Shown: positions 10,971-17,395 of the stretch, in pieces
How positions within the stretch are numbered: position 1 is the stretch's first letter
How the letters are laid out: every line of letters begins with the position of its first letter
Assembly: GCF_000039765.1 (NCBI RefSeq)
Contig: NC_004459.3
Location: 3,016,104 to 3,048,103 of the forward strand
Source of the DNA: Vibrio vulnificus CMCP6
Lineage (GTDB): Bacteria > Pseudomonadota > Gammaproteobacteria > Enterobacterales > Vibrionaceae
Reading direction: 5' to 3'
Length of the DNA stretch: 32,000 nt
Made by a program: the position numbers and the translations under genes
The notes under the pieces: model-generated
Told to the model about the DNA's origin: nothing
The model's database searches: none
What the model saw: the letters and a program-made list of their open reading frames with translations, nothing else

Positions 10971-12065
10971 TCACAATAATTTTGACCAGTGATTATCCCA
11001 TTGAATATTCGATTGAATCTCAGAACTGCCCATCTGGACCGATGTGGTGATCACTTTTCCGGCCCCAGAACTCACGCGAAACTGATCTTGGTAAACCACC
11101 ACGCCTGAGGCATCAGGCAATGCAGCTAATTCCACCAATTCTCCACTAGCTTTTGACCAGATACCATAGCAGTTGCCTGGTGGTGAGGTGGCCAAAATCC
11201 AATCGGATGTTGCCGCAATGCTGGCGATGTAATGATTAAAACGTGCCCACTGCTCTGGTTCAGCACGTAATGACATCATCTCCCCCCCACGAGTGTGCAT
11301 CGCCAGCAGCGATGGGTACTCATCCGGCTCACCTCGATACTGCTGGCCACACAACACCGTTTCCGCACCATCGTGGGCGAGATGCCGAATGCTTAGCTTA
11401 GGATCCGATAAAGCGACTTGCTCTAACAGTTTCCCTTGTTGTGAAAGGTAACTTAACGATGGTCGCATAGTGTCCAGATTCAATGGTGCTCGACCATGGG
11501 TATGAACGCCGCCAACACCAATGGCCAACACACCATCAGGCATCATGATCACCTCATGAGGGCCAATGCCAAATCCGCTGAGCTCCGCGACTTTTTTATA
11601 ACGGTTGCGGACATCGTACACACCGATGATACCTCGGCTTGTACTTCGCTCTCCCTCGGTGGCAAAGAGGTAATCCCCGGCATGAGAGTAGACGCCGTGG
11701 CCATAAAAATGCCTTTCGGGATGCGCACTTTGCAGATGGATGGTTTCTCCTGAGTGATAATCAAACACCATGAAGAAACTACCCGGACGACGTGCAAATA
11801 CCGTCGCATGTCCTTGCGCATTGGTGGCGACACCATGACCACGCTCAGGAAGCGGCAACTGCTGTAGTGGTCGGCCATATTGATCAGCCACTACCGCTGT
11901 ATATTGGTGACGTCCACGAATCGCGCATCCCACCAATGCGGGTTCAGCTTGTCTCGCATCTTTATTGGTTGATGCACAGCCAAAAGGCATGAGCGGTGCA
12001 CTCACGCCAAACAGTGCAGCTTTTAATAAAGCTCGTCGTTGTTCGTTAGTCACCATCGGTTGCAT
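10971..12065 (-). CDS. DUF1513 family protein (beta-propeller-like)
   Basis: HGVATNAQGHATVFARRPG, HFYGHGVYSHAGDYLFATE, GPHEVIMMPDG; overlaps the downstream end of the imelysin gene. Confidence 0.75.
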   Translation of the reverse strand: MQPMVTNEQRRALLKAALFGVSAPLMPFGCASTNKDARQAEPALVGCAIRGRHQYTAVVADQYGRPLQQLPLPERGHGVATNAQGHATVFARRPGSFFMVFDYHSGETIHLQSAHPERHFYGHGVYSHAGDYLFATEGERSTSRGIIGVYDVRNRYKKVAELSGFGIGPHEVIMMPDGVLAIGVGGVHTHGRAPLNLDTMRPSLSYLSQQGKLLEQVALSDPKLSIRHLAHDGAETVLCGQQYRGEPDEYPSLLAMHTRGGEMMSLRAEPEQWARFNHYIASIAATSDWILATSPPGNCYGIWSKASGELVELAALPDASGVVVYQDQFRVSSGAGKVITTSVQMGSSEIQSNIQWDNHWSKLL

Positions 12066-13077
12066 TGAATCCTATAACGACACCTAACTCGACCGCCACT
12101 TCATCGTGGATGAGGTACTTTAACTGCTCCAGTTTGCGTAACTGAGTCAACGCCATTCGATAGCCTTCTTTGTCTTGCAATGCTGCAAACAAGCTCTTTT
12201 GCTCAGGCCAAGTCGCTAAAGTGACATCAAACTGATTCACCACTCGATCTGCCAACTCTGCTTTATCCATTCCCCTCAATGTAGCGTCTAGCCCCTCTCC
12301 ATTGGCTAAATAAAGCGCTTTTAATGCTTCCACGTTCGCTTTTAGATTGGAAAGGGAGGTTTGAGAGCGCCATGATTCAGAAAAATAGGGGCGAGGTTGA
12401 CCAATATTGGCTAACGGACGGCTCAGCTTTTTCATAGCATATTCCAATTGGTTTGACAGCAGTGAAATGTACTCTGAGTGCCACTCTTTCTCATTGAGCG
12501 ATGCCCAAGGGTTACTTGACCATGCATCTGAAATACGTTGCGTGTTTTGATTGAGATGACGGCTAATCGCGACCCCAGTTTGGCAAGTTTGAGCATTTCG
12601 ACTGAGATCTGAACTTTCATCATAAAGTAGCCATTCAATCGCACCAAGACCTTGAACTGTCACACTTTGTACCGCGATGTCATCTGCTTTCCATGTTTTG
12701 TTCTGCTGAATCAACGCGGACATCTTACGTCCTGTGGTGTTCTTTTTATCTGGCCAAAATTGTACGTTCCAGCTTTGCTCAAGCGCCGCTGCAGGTCCGC
12801 GCTCTTGACCTTGCAACGCCATCCAGCTCAACATACTGCGGTGCCACTGTTTCTTGACGGTGTCCATGCCCGCCTCTGGTAGCTGGCAGTAATGCACAAA
12901 CGCGCTAACAAGTTCTGTAGTTTCTTGAGCCAAAGTGGCTGCCACCGCTCGTTCGATATGGAAAACCGCGTCGCTACGATGTTGTGAAACCTTGTGCGAG
13001 TCTGTTGTTGATTGGCAACCGACGAAGAGCAGCGCCGCGCCCATTGCAAGTGAAATGTGTATGGTTTTCATTGCCAC
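12046..13077 (-). CDS. Imelysin family (M75-like) putative lipoprotein
   Basis: Lipobox-like MGAALLFVGCQST; LGAIEWLLYDE (GxHxxE-like position), QLEYAMKKLSRPLANIG. Confidence 0.78.
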   Translation of the reverse strand: MAMKTIHISLAMGAALLFVGCQSTTDSHKVSQHRSDAVFHIERAVAATLAQETTELVSAFVHYCQLPEAGMDTVKKQWHRSMLSWMALQGQERGPAAALEQSWNVQFWPDKKNTTGRKMSALIQQNKTWKADDIAVQSVTVQGLGAIEWLLYDESSDLSRNAQTCQTGVAISRHLNQNTQRISDAWSSNPWASLNEKEWHSEYISLLSNQLEYAMKKLSRPLANIGQPRPYFSESWRSQTSLSNLKANVEALKALYLANGEGLDATLRGMDKAELADRVVNQFDVTLATWPEQKSLFAALQDKEGYRMALTQLRKLEQLKYLIHDEVAVELGVVIGFNATDGD

Positions 13078-13080
13078 TCC

Positions 13081-14460
13081 CTATAGCGAATTGAGGAAAG
13101 CGATCAACGCATCGCGCTCTTTTGCTGACATCTTCAACACGTTTTGCTTGGCTGCTTCCGCTTCACCGCCATGCCAAAGCACCGCTTCCATCAGATTTCG
13201 TGCTCTTCCATCGTGTAAAAAATAAGTGTGATCATTCACTTCTTGCGTATAACCAATGCCCCACAACGGTGGTGTTCGCCACTCTTGACCATTGGCTAGG
13301 TATTCTGGTCGATTGTCTGCCAAACCTGGCCCCATGTCGTGCAACAATAAATCAGTATAGGGATGAATGGTTTGTTCTGACAATGCAGGCAATGCCTCAC
13401 GTTTGGCGGTTTTCACCGTCTGCTTATGACAACTCTCACAGCCTGATTGAACGAACAGCGTCTCGCCGAGCTTGACCTGCGGATCATTCACGTTGCGACG
13501 AATCGGCACCGCTAAATGCTGAGAATAGAACTCAACAAAATCCAAAATGTTGTCACTCACCTCTGGCGAGCCACCATTGGGCAACTTGCGACAGAGATCT
13601 TGTCTATCGGTGCAGTTTTCTTGCGGGAAGAGATGGCTGGTTAAGCCAAGGTCGCCATTAAACGCCGCCGCGTTTTGTTGCATTAAGGTTGGCTGCCCCG
13701 CTTTCCAACCAAAACGACCAATTGCGAGGGATTGAGTTTGCACATCCCACACTTTATTGAGTTTTCCTGAGATACCGTCTTGATTGCGATCGTCTTCATC
13801 TGCCCACTGCAACAGGGTTTCTTCGGCTATCGATTCAAGCAGCCCAAGACCGATCATTGGAGGTGCGACACGAGCAGAAAGCAAGGTTTGTGGATGCATC
13901 TCTCCATAAGCCAGATCACGGATCTCTACCGTCGGCTTACGCAACACCACCGTCGTCCCATCACTGAATGTAACAGGTACATCGCTGTAACGGATGCTGA
14001 TTTGCCCTTCCGGTTTTTGGTCTTGAAGAGCAAAATCTTGCAACTGACCACCGTAAGTCGGTTCAGGAATGACACCACTGGTGATCACCGCTTTTTTCTG
14101 CTCCGCCGTGAGTGCTGGAATGCTCAAGCGCACCAGCATTGATACAGCATGACTATCCCCTTTTTCAGGAGGATGCCCCCGACCATCTTTAATGTGGCAG
14201 TTTTGACAACCATTCGTGTTAAACAGTGGACCAAGACCATCACGTGCATCCGTTGAGGCCGGTGCAGACACCCAAGGGTTGCGGAAAAAACTGTTACCTA
14301 CACTAAAGTCCAATCTTTTGCTCATTGGAAGATTGGCCGCTGGTAATGAAAAAGCATTTGGACCCTCTTTTTTAACGCTGGTGTCACCACCAGATTTAAG
14401 GTCGTTGGCAAATGCGGTTGAAGAGAGCACGATGAGAGTGCTGAGCAAGTACGGCTTCAT
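13081..14460 (-). CDS. Di-heme oxidoreductase family protein (DUF1111, cytochrome c-like)
   Basis: Signal peptide; two heme motifs CQNCH and CESCH; YTQEVNDHTYFLHDGRARNLMEAVLWHGGEAE. Confidence 0.88.
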   Translation of the reverse strand: MKPYLLSTLIVLSSTAFANDLKSGGDTSVKKEGPNAFSLPAANLPMSKRLDFSVGNSFFRNPWVSAPASTDARDGLGPLFNTNGCQNCHIKDGRGHPPEKGDSHAVSMLVRLSIPALTAEQKKAVITSGVIPEPTYGGQLQDFALQDQKPEGQISIRYSDVPVTFSDGTTVVLRKPTVEIRDLAYGEMHPQTLLSARVAPPMIGLGLLESIAEETLLQWADEDDRNQDGISGKLNKVWDVQTQSLAIGRFGWKAGQPTLMQQNAAAFNGDLGLTSHLFPQENCTDRQDLCRKLPNGGSPEVSDNILDFVEFYSQHLAVPIRRNVNDPQVKLGETLFVQSGCESCHKQTVKTAKREALPALSEQTIHPYTDLLLHDMGPGLADNRPEYLANGQEWRTPPLWGIGYTQEVNDHTYFLHDGRARNLMEAVLWHGGEAEAAKQNVLKMSAKERDALIAFLNSL

Positions 14461-14532
14461 TGAATTGCTTCCTACTAAACTGCATAAACAGCAAAAGGGC
14501 TCTAATGAGCCCTCTAAATATGATAATAATTA

Positions 14533-15816
14533 TTAGAATTCGTGATCCGCGGTGTCTGGATTCAGACTGTCGATGCCAACAATCTTAGCCGCACGTTCGA
14601 TCGCGGAAGTTTGCGCCACCAATGACATGATGGTTTCGTTCACTAGCGCATTGCCTTGCGCATTACCCGCTGCGATCAGTTGGTCAAAATGTTGATTTTG
14701 CTTTTCCGCAGATGTGACTAACTTGCCTACTTGCGCACGAGTGGTATCAAACTGCGCTTGGATCTCTTTGGCCGCATTTTTATCTTGTTGTGCCACCAAA
14801 TCATGTAGGCTTGGTCCTGTGAGCAGTGAGCCATCAACACGTTTGTAGATACCGGTGTAAACGTTATAGATACCTTGCTCGTTGTAGTAGTGTGAGTTAT
14901 GAGTGTTGTCCGAGAAACAATCGTGCTCATCCTCTGTCGAGTTTGCTTCTAGTGCCACTTTCATACGCTCACCGGCCAATTCACCAAGCGAAAGCGAGCC
15001 CATGCCAAACAGCATTTTACGCAAACCATTTTCAGCCGACTGAGCAAGCAATTCTTGACGGTAGTTACCTTTCTCTTGCGCAGACCATTGTTTTTCCATC
15101 CACTCAAGATCCGTTACGAGGAGCTGAGCCGCCGCTTTTAGATAGGCGCCACGGCGATCACAGTGACCATTGGTGCATTGCGAACCCACAACAAAATCCG
15201 TGTAAGCACGTTGACCAGCACCAGCATTTGTACCGTTAAGATCTTGACCCCAAAGTAAAAACTCAATGGCGTGATAGCCAGAAGCCACGTTAGCTTCAGA
15301 GCCACCGACTTCGTTGAGCTCTGCGATCAACTCAGGTGTAATCACGGAAACATCCAGTTGAGACGCGCCGATTTTCAGCGTTGTGTTCGCAACGATATTG
15401 GCTTTCGCCCCTTCGTTACCCAGCTCATATTGGTAGTCGGTTGAAACATAATCGATCAAACCTTCGTCTAATGGCCAAGCATTCAACTGCCCTTCCCAAT
15501 CATCCACAACGGTATTACCGAAACGGAATACTTCAGATTGTTGATAAGGCACTCGAGCATCTAGCCACGCCTGCTTAACCTCTTCTAACTTTGCCGCTGA
15601 AGGCGCAGACAAAAACTGTTCAACTTTCTTTTCAAGTTGTTGTGCGGTTGTCAATGAATCCGCAAAAACAGCGTGGGCAACGTCAGCATAATGCTCGACA
15701 ACTTGCTGATTGGTAACATTCGCGGCAAGCAGGTGACCACTGGCAAACAGTGTTGTACTGCTAAAGACTGGACTAATAGAGTTTTTGCATTCATCTGAAG
15801 CATCCTTGTTGAGCAT
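14533..15816 (-). CDS. Imelysin family iron-regulated protein (probable N-terminal frameshift, see findings)
   Basis: GYHAIEFLLWGQDLNG (GxHxxE motif), AYTDFV, GMGSLSLGELAGERM. The annotated N-terminus lacks a convincing signal peptide. Confidence 0.82.
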   Translation of the reverse strand: MLNKDASDECKNSISPVFSSTTLFASGHLLAANVTNQQVVEHYADVAHAVFADSLTTAQQLEKKVEQFLSAPSAAKLEEVKQAWLDARVPYQQSEVFRFGNTVVDDWEGQLNAWPLDEGLIDYVSTDYQYELGNEGAKANIVANTTLKIGASQLDVSVITPELIAELNEVGGSEANVASGYHAIEFLLWGQDLNGTNAGAGQRAYTDFVVGSQCTNGHCDRRGAYLKAAAQLLVTDLEWMEKQWSAQEKGNYRQELLAQSAENGLRKMLFGMGSLSLGELAGERMKVALEANSTEDEHDCFSDNTHNSHYYNEQGIYNVYTGIYKRVDGSLLTGPSLHDLVAQQDKNAAKEIQAQFDTTRAQVGKLVTSAEKQNQHFDQLIAAGNAQGNALVNETIMSLVAQTSAIERAAKIVGIDSLNPDTADHEF

Positions 15817-15837
15817 TTCTTACTTGTTATTCGTAGT

Positions 15838-15856
15838 GCTAATTATTCTTATTTGC
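15838..15856 (-). promoter_or_regulatory. Fur-box-like 19-mer upstream of the imelysin operon
   Basis: Minus strand GCAAATAAGAATAATTAGC; 13/19 match by eye to GATAATGATAATCATTATC. Confidence 0.4.
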
Positions 15857-15871
15857 ACTTTTAGTCGCCAG

Positions 15872-15899
15872 ATAATACAAAGTTACAATTTTTTTGCAA
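15872..15899 (-). promoter_or_regulatory. Candidate sigma70 promoter for the imelysin operon
   Basis: Minus strand TTGCAA - 16 bp - TATTAT. Confidence 0.45.
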
Positions 15900-15907
15900 G
15901 TGACAAA

Positions 15908-15930
15908 CAAAAAAAGCTCCACAACTGTGG
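15908..15930 (-). terminator. Truncated terminator remnant at the left flank of IS copy 2
   Basis: AAAAAAAGCTCCACAACTGTGG. On the minus strand this is CCACAGTTGTGGAGCTTTTTTT, lacking the outer AGCT half of the stem, which would have lain where the IS begins. Confidence 0.6.
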
Positions 15931-15980
15931 CAATGTAGATCAGATAAGGATCGGTTGACCGATCCTTCTGATGAGAGACA

Positions 15981-16013
15981 ATCGGAAACCTGTTTATAGG
16001 TTTCCGATTTTTT
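15981..16013 (+). terminator. IS-borne terminator-like hairpin immediately upstream of the transposase ATG
   Basis: ATCGGAAACCT-GTTTAT-AGGTTTCCGAT followed by TTTTT and then ATG at 16014; also present in copy 1 (5107-5140). Confidence 0.75.
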
Positions 16014-17351
16014 ATGTCTATCCAAAACTATTTTGCTGACTTTCTTGAAGAGAGTCCTGTTGATGTCGCTCAGCTCACCACCTTCTCCGAGCATATTCCT
16101 GATGAGTGGGTTGCTAAAGCGGCAACACTTTCCGATAAAGCGACAATTCGTCGACGTCGTTTACCTAGTGATATGGTTCTTTGGCTTATTGTTGGAATGG
16201 CGTTTTTCCGCAATGAGTCTATTGCAGAAGTCGCACGGCGAATGAATGTCTGTGCCGAGGGCTTAGCCGATGAGGAACTGCTAGCTAAAAGTGCTTTAAC
16301 GCAAGCAAGGCAACGCCTTGGTAAAGCTGCTCCAGAATGGTTGTTTAGACAATGCAGTCACACATGGGGTCTAGAGCGTTACCCCGAGGATACTTGGCAA
16401 GGCTTACAAGTCTTCGCTATTGATGGGGCTCTTTTTCGAACCGCTGATACATCAGAACTAAGAGAACATTTTGGGTCAGGTAATACATCCAGCGAGAGGC
16501 AGACACCTCATCCAGTACTCAGGGTGGTGACCATGATGAATGTTCGCTCACATGTCATTGTAGACGCAGCTATAAGCCCCTATCGTCGTGGTGAAATACC
16601 GCTTGCAATGCCCTTTATTGACTCTCTACCTGATAACTCATTGACTTTACTAGATAAGGGGTTTTATGGCGCAGACTTACTTCTTTCTCTCCAAAATAGT
16701 GGCTCCAACAGGCATTGGTTGTTACCAGCGAAGAAAGGGGTGAAATTCAGACTTCTGGACGATGAAGAGAGCGACGACATGTTGGTAGAAATGAAAGTCT
16801 CTCCACAGGCTCGCAAGAAAAATCCTAACCTACCTGAAAAATGGCAAGTCAGAGCCGTTACTTATCAAGTACAAGGTAAGCACAAAACAGTGTTTACGTC
16901 TTTGCCTAGGGAAGAGTACGATGCGGAATCAGTAGCCGAGCTTTACCATGAGAGATGGGAAATTGAGTTAGGGTACAGAGACATAAAAAGTTCGATGCAG
17001 CACAACGCGTTAGTGCTGAGGAGTAAGACGGTCGAGCTTGTCTATCAAGAGTTATGGGGGCTGTTGCTTGGTTATAACTTGGTAAGACGAGAAGCCAGTC
17101 AAGCGGCCGTAGCACATGGTCGAATGGCCAATGAAATCAGTTTTAAATACGCTTGTCAGTTCATCGCTAGTCAACTGAAAGTAATGAGCAAAGCGGTATC
17201 TCCAGGTAATACACCGAAGCGTCTAAAAAGTCTGCGCGGAGACTTATCCATCCTTTTTATAGACAAACGCCCTAAGCCAAATCGGCCTAGGGCGGTAAAA
17301 ATATCAAAGACCCGATATCCTGTTAATCGCAAAGCAGCTCCTCTTAAGTGA
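16014..17351 (+). CDS. IS4-family transposase
   Basis: 445-aa ORF; FAIDGALFRTADT, TLLDKGFYGADLL and the signature Y-(2)-R-(3)-E-(6)-K in YHERWEIELGYRDIK. Confidence 0.96.
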   Translation: MSIQNYFADFLEESPVDVAQLTTFSEHIPDEWVAKAATLSDKATIRRRRLPSDMVLWLIVGMAFFRNESIAEVARRMNVCAEGLADEELLAKSALTQARQRLGKAAPEWLFRQCSHTWGLERYPEDTWQGLQVFAIDGALFRTADTSELREHFGSGNTSSERQTPHPVLRVVTMMNVRSHVIVDAAISPYRRGEIPLAMPFIDSLPDNSLTLLDKGFYGADLLLSLQNSGSNRHWLLPAKKGVKFRLLDDEESDDMLVEMKVSPQARKKNPNLPEKWQVRAVTYQVQGKHKTVFTSLPREEYDAESVAELYHERWEIELGYRDIKSSMQHNALVLRSKTVELVYQELWGLLLGYNLVRREASQAAVAHGRMANEISFKYACQFIASQLKVMSKAVSPGNTPKRLKSLRGDLSILFIDKRPKPNRPRAVKISKTRYPVNRKAAPLK

Positions 17352-17360
17352 ACTACATTG

Positions 17361-17378
17361 CGCTGGTTCGCGGGCTTT
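17361..17378 (-). terminator. Right part of the split miaE/metalloprotease terminator, starting with the 12-bp direct repeat
   Basis: CGCTGGTTCGCG GGCTTT; complements the left half at 5036-5056. Confidence 0.75.
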
Positions 17379-17395
17379 GAGTTATTTATCAATGA

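Larger units (their letters stand above)
15931..17360 (+). mobile_element. IS4-family insertion sequence, copy 2 (apparently intact, 1430 bp)
   Basis: Terminal inverted repeats CAATGTAGATCA / TGAACTACATTG; intact DDE transposase. Confidence 0.94.

Noticed and set aside
9699-14536. Numerous 60-140-aa ORFs on the plus strand opposite the cargo genes
   Set aside because: They are antisense shadows of well-supported coding regions, with low-complexity or incoherent protein sequence.
6451-15930. Cargo as a defence or toxin-antitoxin island
   Set aside because: All cargo ORFs with recognisable motifs are metabolic, cell-envelope or metal-related; no nuclease, helicase or TA signatures seen.
5057-17360. 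A phage, integron or ICE boundary
   Set aside because: No integrase, att-like repeats, tRNA target or conjugation genes are visible; only the two IS4-family elements bound the block.
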